Of a stretch of DNA of 64,000 bases, positions 26,201 to 39,122 are shown piece after piece. The stretch is from Klebsormidium nitens. Lineage: Eukaryota > Plantae > Klebsormidiophyceae. Made by a program: the position numbers and the translations under genes. The stretch is from assembly GCA_000708835.1 (NCBI GenBank), contig DF237040.1, positions 1 to 64,000 of the forward strand, read 5' to 3'. Position 1 is the first letter of the stretch, and each line of letters begins with the position of its first letter. The notes beneath the pieces were generated by a model, which saw only the letters and a program-made list of their open reading frames with translations, was not told where the DNA came from and searched no databases.

Positions 26201-29200
26201 TCCCTGGTCAAGTTTTTGGGCGCAGGTTCTCTAGCGACTGCCGTCACCTCCGTCGCCATGATCACCAGCTCCCACTCCTGGCTCGCCTGGCGCTTCCCGC
26301 AGTCGGGGCCCCTCATCCTAGTTCCGCCCGAGACGCTCCACCACTCGTTCGTCCTCTCGTACCTGGTACGCGATTCTCGCGCACCTTAAACTCGCACCCA
26401 ACATGTTGCACGGCCACTCTGCAATTCATAAGGTGCCAACTTCGCGGAAGTCGACGACATATCGAGTTTTTTTATTAAATAAGAGCTTTTCTTTTCTTTT
26501 CTTTTCACTCTTACTTGTATTGTACACCGTACATGCTATGCTTGTCACATACTAAGAATATTTAAACCGCGTATCAAGCCTTAGACTCCATAGATGCGAC
26601 GCGTTTGACTATGCATCATATGCATATTAGAATCATGTGATGCAACTTATAACAAAAACTTGTTCCCGGCCTTTGTGGGAACTATCGAACCATCCATTGA
26701 ACAACATTTTGCGTGCGAGGTTTTAAGGGGCACAAGACTAACCAGTCCCGGAACTGCGTCTTTCTTGCTTTTCCCTTATCTCTCAGATTGACTTGGCCCT
26801 GCGTGGTTTGTCGTATGTCGTACTATCCCGCCTCTCTTGTCTCGGTACGCCGCTTGTACGCTCCTTAAAAAGAACTGGTTGTACCCCCGCTCGCCCTTTT
26901 TGTGCAGGTCTTCCAGCTGCAAAAGGCGTCTGTCGTCGGCCCCGGTGACGTCATCTACATGGCGATCCACCCGCTCGCTTTCGCAGGTACGTGACGTCAC
27001 TTGTTGGGGTCGGCCTTCAAGGTCTGACGGCACCCTGAGTGTGGACGTGACCCATGTATCGATCCGTTTCAAGTTGGTGCCACTTTCAATGTGGTGCCAT
27101 TTTCGATGAGGTGCCAGAGACTAGGCTTTGGCAGATGTTCATGCCGGTTCGCAGTGACGTCACCCTCCTATGTTTTAGGCCCCAAGCTTGTGCTAGCCCT
27201 CTACTGCATGCAAATGCTGGCAGGCACATCGCTTCGCATTTTAGCCACCACCTTAAAGCTGTTAAACCGGCGACCTCCAAACAGTCTTTCCTCAACCACC
27301 GCCAACCTCACGGCCGAGAATCTTCAGGCTCTTTTTCGGAGCCAGGATAGCCGCACAGCTGATGGAAGGCACACGAATTTGGTCGTTCTTGGTATTTTTC
27401 CGAGCTTCAATTCCATCACTGGCTCGTTCAATAGAGGATGCTGACTGAAAGCGTTTCTTTTCTTTAACGAGAGCCTCAGAACCACGGTTGAGTTCGTCCA
27501 ACTCAGCAAGTATGGAGCATTGGTTATGACAACGGGGTTTCGCACGTGTGGCCGCAAATTCCTTACTGCCTCCATCTACGTGCTACTCCTTTTGGGCGTC
27601 TCGGCCGCAGGGGCGTACTCCTTTCCTCCACTTTGCATGCTGTTATGGGAACCTCTTTTGAGTCCGTTTCAACCCCGGAATAGCGTCTGTAAATCTCTAC
27701 CTTTTGTCTGCATGCTCTGATGGGGACTCGTTTGATCGTGCAGGTTTGCTAGGCCTGAACGCCACCGCTCTGAGCCTGCTGCCCCTCTCCAAGACGGACG
27801 GCGGCCGGATCGCGCAGGGGCTCTTTGGGCGCCAGGGGCATCTGCTGGCAACGGCCGCCACCTTTGTGAGTTCCGTTGGATCGGAGTTCCATTGGTTTGG
27901 GGGCTAGACACGTGCATTTGGAAACGGAATGGAACATATCTTTGTGAAGTTGGGCGTCAGGCGCTCATTTTCGTCGAATGAGCTGGAGGCAAATTATGGT
28001 CAGAAACGAAAAGAAAAGTGTTGTTCAAGATTGAGCTTGTCACGTACTGATATTGAAAAAATCAGATGATGCCGATGCAGCAAGGGCGCAACTTAGACGT
28101 CGACATGCAAGGTGCCGCCCCGCAGGCTCTCAGTAGTGACTGTCACTTCCGAAAAAGCAGGCTGTAATCGACGCGGTCAGATTCCTCCGGAGTCTTGCTA
28201 GTCTTTGTTGATTTGGTGTATTTAAGATGCAGAGAGCACGTCCGCAAGGCGAAATTCTGTTTGCTGTTTGAGATGTGATACTGTGAGACAGCTTCGTACA
28301 AGCAATTGCATTGGAGCAGACGGAACACGTGCTCGATGGACGCGTCATTTCACGACACGCTTTGCGTTCTCGAGCATTCAAATACGCTTTCATTGACCAG
28401 CTTCAGTAGGAGATTCTTGTCAACAAAGTGCGTCGCGGAAATCAAAGTGAACGGCGTTTGTGTAGACGACGAATCAGTCTTGCTTACGCCATGTCCGTTC
28501 TGCAACAGGCGCTCGTCTTGGTCGGCTTCATCTTCGGAGACACGGCGCTGTCTGTCGCGTGAGTGCCGCTCCTTAGGTCCCTTTCCTGCGCTTTTGGACC
28601 GCCTCGTACATGGAAACACTTTCAAAGTCCGCGTGCCTTCGGAAATTGAATTTGTGGACTTCCAAAGGGCAGCCCGCGTCTTCTTGGATACAAAGGCTCA
28701 TTCTTCGCGCCCACGAAGCTACCGTCGGCATAAAATTCGACGGAAAAGTTATGCGACAAAGCCGGCGGCATCCCTTCTGGCTCCGACATTTCAATGCTAG
28801 CTTCCCCTTCGAATATGTTTAAATCCGTCCAAATCGTGCCACGACATCCCGCTTACCTCGACGCTTTCAGATATTGAACAGGGACTACGCGGGCACTGGC
28901 ACATTGCGCCGGACAAGTACTGGAACTCGCCCACTGTTGGACAGCTTTTTTTGCGACTTCGATCGGTTGGGATTGACCCAGTTATGGCCCCTTGCTCGAA
29001 GTCCAAAAAAACGTCGAAATCGATGATTCTGACGCAGCCAGCTTTCGTCTTAGGCAGACCCTGACGCCAGGTGTCGCATGGCACTGCAAACCTGTTTCTC
29101 TGATTCATTGGACGAATTTGAGAAACATCCAAAGCAATTATGCGGAAGCGACCAGAAGTTGAAAAGGGGACGCTTTTGTTTGCACAGGTTGTACGCGTAC

Positions 29201-29680
29201 AACTGGAACGACAACCGGGGGGAGTGGTACCAGAAGGATGAGGTGAGCCCGTCAGTATGTTTGAGTTGCATTCCCCTGGCAAGAGAGATGCAGAGGATGA
29301 GGAACGAAATGTTTGGCATCTGTCTTCAAAAGGCGCGTCGTCAACGTACAAAGCCTTCCGTTAGTCCGTCAGACCTTTCTACTTGCGCGTCCGCCGGCGC
29401 ACACGAACACCTCTTCTATTTGTGTCTCCGACCTGTGACTCGTGTCCGCCTTGGCGGCTTTGACGACACGCATAAGCGGTGAGCGAACATTGTGGTTGAT
29501 CTGCGTCGTGCGGCTTTGCAGGTTTCGGACGTGGGCTTCCTGCGGACCTTCGTCGCGTTCGTCACGATGGCCTTGGGGGTCATCGTGCTATCGCCGACGT
29601 TCAGCTGGATCCCGTTCCACTCCCTGGTCAAGTCGGCGAACCACGTGCAAACGCTGTTGCCAACGTGGGGGAACATGTGA
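20258..29680 (+). CDS. EGY-like M50 (site-2 protease) family chloroplast membrane protein lacking HExxH; exons 20258-21226, 21783-22076 (1-nt frame break near 21955), 22821-22915, 24254-24442, 25161-25374, 26226-26365, 26908-26986, 27744-27865, 28509-28558, 29188-29242, 29522-29680
   Basis: Motifs resemble EGY1/2/3: VFRSGPF..GWVVTGYL, LPSRAALIDIPLAG, IHPLAFAGLLGLNATALSLLPLSKTDGGRIAQGLFGR, QKDEVSDVG. The N-terminus is transit-peptide-like. GT-AG phases are consistent, and the total is 2367 nt (788 aa) if one T is restored at 21955-21956. Confidence 0.85.
23790..24300 (+). repeat. Four tandem ~130-bp units, each an intron 3' end plus the first ~45 nt of the downstream exon
   Basis: CAG|G(T/A)(C/T)GT..TCCTGC..AA.AC.CCC.AAGAGGT.CCCTGGT starts at 23865, 23994, 24124 and 24254 (spacing 129, 130, 130). 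Only the last copy continues as coding exon. Confidence 0.9.
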
Positions 29681-30690
29681 AATTAAGTTTGCGAGAGCGA
29701 CCTTAGCTACGTCAAAATACCCTTCTTGTATTAAGTAGACTTGCTCACGACCTCAGAGTAAGCGCCGTAGGTTTAGCGTCTAGATTGAGACCAGTCATTG
29801 TTGCAGGCTCTGTTGTCAGGCTCCGAAGCGCCTTGGCTGCCGAGCGCCTTGACTCAACTTCCACGGACGTGATAGGAAGTGAGTCCGACCGTGGACTCAA
29901 CCGCGTCGGAACAAATGTACAACGGTGAAAATCGAACATGTCTGAATGATAGGGTGTGAGCCGTACGTGTTTGACGAACTGTTGATTCTATTCATGTTTG
30001 AAGCTGCAGCATGCAACCGCTTTATCCCCCCTCCATTAGCCGGACCATTAGCCGGACCAGGAGGCCGGCTAGCCCCCCCGCTAGAGTCCAATTCTTCATG
30101 TGCTAGCCTTCGAGACCCGGCTTGGGAGCCGGGTTTCGACTTTTTCAAAAATTGGACATCCAGGATGTCCATGACGTCAGCACATCCCAGTTCGGTCTAA
30201 ATAGCTTTTTGACAGCCGGGATGCTCCAACAAAGTTGCGACGTCACATTTTAGCAGGGAAACCCCACATCCTAGGTGCGGTCTGAAAAGGCCCCAAGTGG
30301 CAAGAAGTTACCGAAATGTTGCATGTGGCAAGTGGCAAGCTAGCTAGAAGTAGGTAGGTTACATAAATATTGCTGCACTGAGTGGCCATATGGCCACAGG
30401 CTATAGCTGGATGATGTGTGAAGCACTGAGCACATCGTGACTTTCCTTCTACTGTAGGGTCACCCTAGGACTCCGGGAGGTGTCCGGGAGGCGCCCAGGC
30501 CCCAGTTTAACGGGCCCGGGCTACAAGGCACTGGGCACTGGGCAGGATTCCGAAGTTCTGTCTAGCTTCGCAGTTCCGATCGACCTGGCACTGGGCAGTG
30601 CTGTGTAGGTACTACCGTACCTACCTACCATGACCTATGTGGGTAGTATTAAAGTACCTACCGGGCCTACATGAAACTCAACAAAAATAA

Positions 30691-30838
30691 TAGTAAGCCG
30701 AGATAATAGCAAGGTAACCGCACTGAGACGGGTAGGGTTAGCATGGTGGTTAGGGTGGGTACGGGTCCGGAGCGGGTGTTTTATTTAAGGTTAGGGTTTT
30801 TAGTGTTAGTCGGAGCTTACTATTATCTTGGCTTACTA
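30691..30838. mobile_element. MITE-like element with terminal inverted repeats and a probable TA target duplication (Tc1/mariner-type)
   Basis: TAGTAAGCCGAGATAATAGCAAG (30691-30713) is the reverse complement of CTTACTATTATCTTGGCTTACTA (30816-30838) with 2 mismatches. The interior is non-coding and contains TTAGGG-like motifs. Confidence 0.6.
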
Positions 30839-33799
30839 ATAACTTTCTTGAGAATTTATGCCTACATGAAACTCAACAAAAATAATATATTCCATATATT
30901 CCATGCCGATTCTACGTCGTTTCTACTTCTGGAACAGCCTCAAGCTAGAAGAGGCACGGGCAGCTTATATGTGACAATATCTGGTACGGAGCCACTGCAA
31001 ACACATATAAGTAGGAACACAGCTGTGTGCGGCATGGTGAGTAATGTTTCTAAACTGGCTGGCGGCTCCTATGGCCTTGCTTTCGCATGCATATCCTAAG
31101 CAACTTGGGCGCAGGGTGACGTTCCTCGAGACTCTGAGACCTGCAAGCACGCGAGAAAAGCAGTTTCAAAAGTTTGTCCCAAGTGGAAACAGACACGCCC
31201 TTGGAATTGGCAGGACTTCTAGATGCAAAAAAAACTGGAAGGATCAGCTTCACCAGCTCCGGGTTGAAAACGGTGCACAAAAGATACTTCCCACCGCACA
31301 GAAAACTTGACACCGCCCAGAAGTCTTTCAAAGCAACCTACTGATGTTCAACCCCGAGATACGATTGACGTTCTGGATTCACGCAGCTGTCTAAATATCC
31401 TTTAGGTTATTTAGGTATACAGCTTCTTTCAATGGATTGGTGTCAAGTCTGACACGTCCGAATCAGGAGACAGGAGCTGACACACACACAAGAGACGCTA
31501 AGATTAGCGAGGAGGTGCTCACATCAAGGAGACTTGTCCCTGATGGCCGGTGGCGGTCACTTTTGAACTCCATCAACACGCACCATAGAAGACGGGGAGC
31601 TCGACCTTGCTGCCATCGACGGGGTGAAACGGGAGTTGCTACGCGCTCCTGCAAGAAAAGCAAAGTCGTCAGCCCGGCTCAAAGGATTCGGGTTGAGGGT
31701 GTAACCATTGCTATCCTATGTTACGTGGCAGGTTGTGCAGAGGCCACGTCACTTCCCATGTCACTTGCCCGTACCTTCAACACTGCCGCCGTCGCAGCGG
31801 GGTGCATGTCGGCGCCACCGCTTATTGGCGAGAAATAACGTTCGAACGACATGAGGTAGTGCGGACGAGAGTCTGGGCAGATTTGCCAACAATTGACCGC
31901 TTTCTCACTTCCACCAGTTCCGCCAGCTCTTGGCCCACACCAGAGGCGGCTGAAGTAACTTGAAGCGAGATAAGAGCCATCCAGAGCGCCTCCGAGCGAC
32001 ATAGAATAGGTGAATCAGCCGGCCAATCGGCCAGTGCGTCAGAACTCAAGTTCGAGTGTTGAGCAAAAAATTCTCCTCAATCCAGAATGATCGCTGTTTC
32101 CACGACTTCCCAAATGGTCGCCAGTTCGTTCTCATCAAAACAGTTGGGCACTTCAAGTTTCGCTACAGGAGAATCAAAGCTAACCTCTCCTCAAGACCGA
32201 GCACTGAAGCGGAGACTTTGCAACGCACCTCGCAAAAGGAGCAGGCTCCTCGATCAGACACCGGGTACTACGTGCGCTGGTGTTCCCAGTATCACCCAAT
32301 CGCTCAAGTCGCCGAAGGCGGTAAGGCGGCGACCGCTCCAACAGCCGTGGCCGTCATCAACTCGAAAGCGAGGACAGGATTTGTCCCGCTCAAGCAACAC
32401 CTGGAAAAAGGCGGAACATATGAGGACGAAAAGCGCTGGGCAAAAGGCATCGAGACACAAAAAGCTTACACGGAAGAGGGTGAGAAATAACGGATAAGTA
32501 CGCCAACCTGTCCTAGTGGCACGCGCTGAAGTGAAGAAGACAGTCGAGCATCTACTTGGCCAAGGGGCGAACGCAGGGCGGAGCTAGCAAAGCAAACCCA
32601 CTGAAGTACCAGCTTTTGCCAGCTCTCTTGAAGGAATCCAGAGTAGCATCTTCAGCAACACAACATGTTACATTGATTCTCCGCCCCGGCTATGCCTTCC
32701 TGTGCCCGCCCCTACCATGAATGCGTCCAAGTAGGCTTGCCGCGCTAAGCTCAGAACAAAAGCGTTGAGCTCGTTCCAAGACGAAATATCTTACCTGGGG
32801 TCGAGTTCTCATCGCAGAAAGGAGCAGCGGGGGTTGAAGCGAACTCGGGAGATGGAGAGTCTCTGGCGGGCGCAAAAGTGTCATCCACGAACTGCCCGCG
32901 GCCGCGATTGCGATCAATGGGGTCAACGGGGTCTGCGGCTGGTCGCCTGCGGGAGAGGAGAAGATGTCGTCACAAAAGCACTCGAAGACAGGTGCTGACT
33001 GCTTCCTGCGCCGCTAGCGCACCTTTCGGGGCCGCGGTCTGTCCAAGACTCTGGAGGAGGTAAATCAAAGAGCTGTGCAAAGATCTTGCACGAGAGGATG
33101 TACGGAAGGCAAAGAGGACACATGTCACATGATGAAACCACAGGCGTTGCGCCACTCATGGTCAAATCCGGCAAAAACTGCGAGAAAATTCAAAGGCACA
33201 GAGAGAAGTACGTACTCTTGTCCGAAACATCCTGTCAGAAACTCCTGTCTACAGAATGCTCGTGAAGGGGGATGGAGGATGCAACTGAACCTGTGGCTTG
33301 ATCGAAGAACAAAGTCGCTAGAACAAATACCCTTTTCGAGCCAACTAAAGTGGAGGGTGTTTCGCGCTTCACCTTAACCTGGAAGGTGGCGAGGAGTGCG
33401 CCCGATTGCTCGGAGGAGCGCTTTGATCGGGACCACGGCCTGAAAGCAACCCTCGGAAGTGGATGCGGACGCAGCCCCTCTGCAAGAAAAGGAATGCGCT
33501 CACAAAAAGGTCTGGCAACGAAATCTACTCAAAGCGTGACCAGCCTGGGACACTCGCGTACTGCGCCGGGGACACAGGTGACCTCAGCCCAAGCTGTTGT
33601 GGGGCAATGTAGAAGCTAGGGGCACGCACGTGCATTTGTTCGTCCGGAGCCATTCGTGACAGGCCGGCGCTCGTCCCTTTTCCCTCCCCTCCAGCCCTGG
33701 TAGCGATTTAGGCTGCGCTTTGCAAGCCTCAACAGGATTTAAGATCAAAGACGTCTTTCTTGAGTTGAGTTGGGCTTCACAAAATCTCTCAGAAAGACG

Positions 33800-34530
33800 T
33801 TGGGTCTCACGCTAACAGGAGTTCGTAAGTCACAAGGATGCACCTTTTCTTCCCGAATGACCAACCGAGGTGAGTACAGAATGTCCAAGAACGTTGCCCA
33901 GACCACAAGAAGAAAGGTTAATAGACAGATTGTTGGCTACCTAAAGATGAGCAGGCGCCGATAGACCGGCAGCAAACTGGTCAGAAGATCTTGCCACACC
34001 TTTGAATGCCTACCTGCAACAAGTGACTCCGAGGGTTACCAGCCACGGCTGGACCGAGATGACAATCATCTGATGAACGGACACCGGAGAGGACATCCGA
34101 CTCGATGCAAGAAGAAGTAGCGCGGCTTGGATCATCGCTATCTTCCCCGCTGGTCATCACGAACCCGGTCAGAGTTTGTCAGAACTTCGTGAGAAGCAGT
34201 TCGAGGGTATATTAGCACAGCTCGACCTATTACTATGTGCCCCGCCCTCAAAATTCTGGTTTTCAGATCCCAGTGGATGGAGACCTACTGGAAATCTTCG
34301 AGCTTGCGATCGCTCTTTCCCGTTCTGATTGACCGGGTCAAACTGATCGAGGTTCGGGCCAAGGACTACCAATAAAACAGCCTACTTCTGAAACATGAAC
34401 AACAACAACAGGGAGGAAAGATAACAGCAACCGCGTCCCCAACAAGTCCTCCAGGTACCGAGATGGCGAATTCTTTTTGAGCGACTGCAACGGAACGAAG
34501 TCAGGATGTTGAACAGGATACAGCTTCACT
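33800..34530 (-). mobile_element. Possible decayed tyrosine-recombinase (DIRS/Crypton-like) fragment
   Basis: Broken frames give LLLSFL..HVSEV, GKSD, CPL and GHSGRKGAS in the order expected for YR boxes (R..SE, K, CPV, HxxR). There are many stops, so this is a weak by-eye match only. Confidence 0.25.
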
Positions 34531-35369
34531 GGCCGCCCTTTTTCTCTTACCGAAATGGTTGTCGTGAAAGCTTGTGTGACGAATCCACAGAATGAGAGGA
34601 CCTCTCAGTTTCAAAATGCGTCAATCCGGCCGCACACGATTCTGTCCGCTTCCTAGGACATTTCCGGCGGAACGTTCTAGGCCGTTCTGAAAGTCCCAGT
34701 GCGGACCAATTTCCCTGCAGAATTCACGACCCAAAAACCGCCGCATAGACTTACCACTTGGGCTACTCCAGCCACCAGCCACCGTACCACATATCCGACA
34801 AACTTGAGTGCCGTTTCTGAACTCACCGCTCGATGTACGGACCGTACGGTACTCCAATCAGCCCGAGGGGCGCGCGCGGGCATGTCGCCCGGCCGGGATG
34901 CAGCGCTTGCCGGCCGCGCTTTCGCGGTGCAGCCCGGCCGCCGGCCGGCAGGCGCAGAATGTACACGTAATAATGTGCCCAAATCGGCCCTGCGGAAAGA
35001 AGAGACATGGCATCGAGGCGATGACAATAAACGAAGACCTTCAGGACATGTGAAGTGGTAACTTGAGGTCTTGACTCCAGATTGTTTCCAAGGACATGCA
35101 CTACGGCTCCACCCGTTCCCATGGCGGTTACCATGGAATCTGGACTTCCTTGAATTGATTGTCGATCTGTCGACGACAGTGAAAAAGTCGGACTCTGCAA
35201 CTATGCTGCGGTCAAGGACCTGGAGGAACAAAGAAAGAAATTGCAAAGAAGAAATGACAAGTATTCTGTGTCGGAAGAAGCACTTGTGGAGAAGGTAACC
35301 GTCAGGATCATCCGAGTGTTGACGAGGATCATTGCCGGTGCTGAGGAAAGAGTCGTGCCGTTCGCCTCT

Positions 35370-36282
35370 ACTACCGCATCAAACACTTTGAACTTTTCTA
35401 CCAACAGCTCCTCCCCTGATTCCGCCATCGGCTTGTGCTGAAGAATCTCAATGCAGTCCCCATAGTAGTTGATTACACATGTCAAATGTCCTTCCCCACA
35501 GACATTACCAGTGATCCGCTCAAAGGCCTCCGATGAGAAGTCCCTGAAAAGTCCCACAAATTGAGACACTCCCTCACTGCAGGGAGCCAGGTTGTCCTCA
35601 AAGAAAGCATTCACTGAGAGCTCGAACGAGGGGGCACCGCACCTTGGCGGTCGTTCGCATGCTCTGCTGTTCCTGGGCCGATGCTTCGAAGTACCTGCTA
35701 GCCGTTAACTGCTTTGCGATCGCTGAATTGGGAAAGCCCTGAACCAGGCCCCGGCATGCCCCCAAAGGCAAATCCTCATCTTCGTCCTCTGAGGGGTGCG
35801 CACATATTCTGGTGACAAACAAGGGGTCCAGTCGGAACTGCGCCTTCAGCCGCAAGTCCTTTGCCGCAGCAGGTCCAGTCTAAAAGCCGCCAGCTTCTGG
35901 CTGCACATGGCCCAGCGAGTCTGAGCAGCTTTCGCTGCACTCAGAAACCTCCGAGCAATCTGAAGCACACCGCAAGTCTGGGCAATACAGCAAGAACTTG
36001 AAAACTCCTAGCCAGCCTCCTGGCGGCTGGCTAGAAGCTCCATTACCCATGCGTTAGCACAATGCTGGAGCCGCCTCCAAGCAAAGCTGCTGCAGAGTTT
36101 CTTCCTGCATTATCTTCCGCCAGGCTTTGCACACGCTGGGTAGTGCCTGCTAAGTGCATGGGGCTGGGGCCAAGTTCGAGGAAGATCTTACTGAGCAGTT
36201 CCGAGCCAAGGTCAAGAATGCTGCTTGTGCCAGCACAAGAGCTTTCAGATGCGCTGCGGGCCAGGCGCTTCATTGAGTCCAT
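35370..36282 (-). pseudogene. EID1-like F-box copy A, a 3'-truncated pseudogene and close paralog of copy E
   Basis: Near-identical to 52895-51965. It has a +1 nt near 36146, a TAG at 35880-35882 (CAG in E), a deletion near 35640 that shifts frame, and homology ends near 35370. Confidence 0.9.
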
Positions 36283-36928
36283 TGTGAGGAACACTCAGAT
36301 GATCGCTTGTTGAGAGTACACAACTGCTCAAGACAGCACCGCTAGAGCCCCCGCACAAGAACAGGCGCCAGGCGCTCTTGCTTTACAAACAGCTGCCCAC
36401 ATTGCCTGACTGTGATATGTAGCCTGACAGTGGTAGGCTTTAATAGCAGCTAAGCTCGCTCAGCTGCCTGATCACAGATCAGGCAGCTCGCAAGGAGAGC
36501 ACTCCCTCACCAGCAACTTGACCCTGTTTAATGCAGATCCAAACCCGATACCTGGCATGGAGGCGGGGGTTTTCACCGGGCATCTTTACCCCGATATAAA
36601 ATCACCCCCCGAGGAAAGGCTCCAAGGCATCAGTCAATGTCCGGCTTACATAACACGGAAGGTTAGCCCGACACGCTCCCTTCCTAGAGCTGCAGCCCTT
36701 CACATCTGCCATATGATTCTGAACGTGAAGAATGTGCTGAGCAGCTGGCGTCTGTGCTCAGATTGTCACTGTCAGCATTACAACAAAGGATTGTAGCGCC
36801 TTGCCTGCGTCCTGGCAGTTCCCTTCTTTTCCTGCAGCCACATACTTTTTCTGGTCTTGTGGTTGAGGCACACCAGTCCAGCAAGAAGCCAACCGCCGAA
36901 GGCTGCAGTCACTGGGTAGTCCATCGCA

Positions 36929-39122
36929 ATGGCTTCACAGCGCGTGACTCGCAGCGTGGCGCGCCGAGTCTCAGCCGCCACCAATGGCCGCATCTTCGAC
37001 CTAGGCCCGGAGTTGCTCAATCTTATCTTCACCAAGCTCGCACCCAGCCCTCTGAACTTGGCCGCAGTCCCCTGTGTTTGCCAAGCCTGGCGCAGAATAA
37101 TGCAGGAGCAGACTTGGCAGCAGCTGTGCCTGGAGGTTGCTCCGGGGTTGTGCAGAGCGCTGGGGTATGATGCAGCTGATGGGCCTCCTGGTGGCTGGGC
37201 GGCAATGTACAAGCTCCTCTTCTTCTGCGCGGCGCGTTTCCGCATGTCGTGGTACTTTGACGGGTGGAGCTCCCTAGGGCACGTACAGACACAGTCTAGC
37301 GGTTTCCAGACAGGGCCGGAGATCGCCTCAGACCTGCGCTTGAAAGACCAGTTCCGAAGGGATGTCCTGTTTGTTAGCCGACCGTGCTTTCACGGAGATG
37401 AGATCGGAGACCGGCACTCAACACGGATGCACGTGTGCCGGGGCCTGATCCCGGAAGTTGCCAAGTCGGCCCTTGCGAAACGGGCGGGGGCGAGGAAGTA
37501 CTCGGAATCACCTCCCGAGTTGCAGCAGAGGATGCGGGACTCAGCAAGCGACCGCTGTCAGTACTGTCAAGCACCTTCATACGAGCTTGAGTCCAGGGTC
37601 CTAGCTGATAGAGACTGTTCTTCCTCGGAGGACATGGATTCAGACGAGGAGCTAGAGGGGTTCGACTTCAGCGGTCATGTGTGTGGGAACGGGCACGTTA
37701 TGCTTGAGATTCTGGGTAATCTTGGTGAGACGCCGTTTTCCGGTGCAGAATCAGTGCGGGACGTCAGGGGAGGTCTCCCGGTAGAAACTAGTAAAACAAA
37801 GAAAGAGGTGTGTGGACTCTTTGGGTTGGACCCAACTGCTGAATTTGAACGCAAGCTATGGAAGAGTTTGGACGCGTTCTCGATGTTCAGGAAGCTGGAG
37901 TGCTTAGCGCGTGAGGTTCAGGAGAGAGGAGTCCTGACATATGAGATCTGTGAGGACACGGACAAGGACAGGGTGAGAACAAATTCCTCGACAGGGCGGC
38001 AAGTGATCCTTGACTTGGAGAGAGAACGGACGGGCTTAGAGAAGCAGATTATCAGAATCATTGAAGCTTTTGAGAGGGACTCAAAGGCGGACTCGGAAAC
38101 GGATTCAGAGGCTGACAGAGGACCTGGTCCATTCTGGCAGGTTTCTGCTGACGCCATCCAGTGCGTCAGAGATCTCCTGTTGGCAGTGCCCCAGTGTAAA
38201 AGGATCCTCGCTAGATTCCTGACCGGGAGTTGCAAGCGAAGTGTCGGGACGGTTCTGGCCAGAGTAGAGAGGCTCAAACTGCTGGGTTTGCGAAAGGCAC
38301 AGATCAGGAAGGCGCTTTGGCCGTTCCAGAGAAGAGGGGGGATGAGCCCTCGGAGGCACTTCTGAGGAACGCTGGTATACCCGCAGGATCTGACAAGTAC
38401 CAGTGGCCAGACACTGATTCCGTCTGCAAACACATCAATAAATGGTAAGTCGACCACTCGACCAATCCTGTGAGCTGTTCTTCTTGTGTGACTGCACTTG
38501 GGAGACAATGACTGTCAGCTTTGCTTTGACAGAGGGACGGATCTGCGGCACTCGAGTGGATGAGGGTCCGCATCCGATCGAACCTCATGTGCTGGCCCAG
38601 ACAGGTGGGCAGTTTGCAATCTGATGGATTTCGATCACGGTTTCGTACGGTTCGCCCTCACATTGTTGCACATTGAGAAGTTCTTGTTGTTTGACTGTAT
38701 CTGGCCCCACCAGCTCGGAATTCACCACATTTTCCAAACCTTGAGACAGAATGAACTCCGGCAGATGCAGAAAAGGTTCCTTCTGGTTTGCCACTCTACC
38801 TACATAATGGGCACACTCCCGAGTCAGGTGTTTCAGGATTTTCCTTGACGATAAGGCAGTCGCTTGAAAATTTTGTCTATATTTTGTCCACCTGGATGCT
38901 TTTAGTATTATGGTTTGGAATTCTGACGGACCTCTTCGCTGTTTTGTGCAGCACGAAGACATCGCGGCGGAGGAGGTTATCCATCGTCAGCGGAAAGCTA
39001 TAAAATCGGCGGAGGCAAGGATGGGCGCAGAAGGTAAGGCAAGACGCGGCGGCGGCGCTGGAAGAAAAACGGCCGCGCCCAGCAGAAGGCGTAAAGTAGG
39101 TGAAAGAAGGAAGATTCGTTGA
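36929..39122 (+). CDS. EID1-like (EDL) F-box copy B; 478-aa ORF 36929-38365 ending early through a -1 frameshift near 38315, with an orphaned last exon at 38952-39122
   Basis: F-box DLGPELLNLIFTKL..LAAVPCVCQAW and EDL motifs WQQLCLEVAPGL, GGWAAMYKLLFFC, LGHV, RDVLFVSRPCFH, CRGL, CQYCQA, HVCGNGHV. The shifted frame encodes EKRGD..AG..WPD as in paralog F. Confidence 0.85.

Noticed and set aside
30111-30138. Hairpin CGAGACCCGGCT-TGGG-AGCCGGGTTTCG as a Helitron 3' end
   Set aside because: No properly spaced CTRR|T terminus or 5' TC end was identified.
31400-33400. Coding-like fragments (e.g. 31718..31963, 32056..32490) as a gene or transposase
   Set aside because: No consistent exon chain or family motif could be built.
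34621-35246. Overlapping 120-189 aa ORFs
   Set aside because: They arise from a GC-rich, stop-poor stretch and have no motifs.
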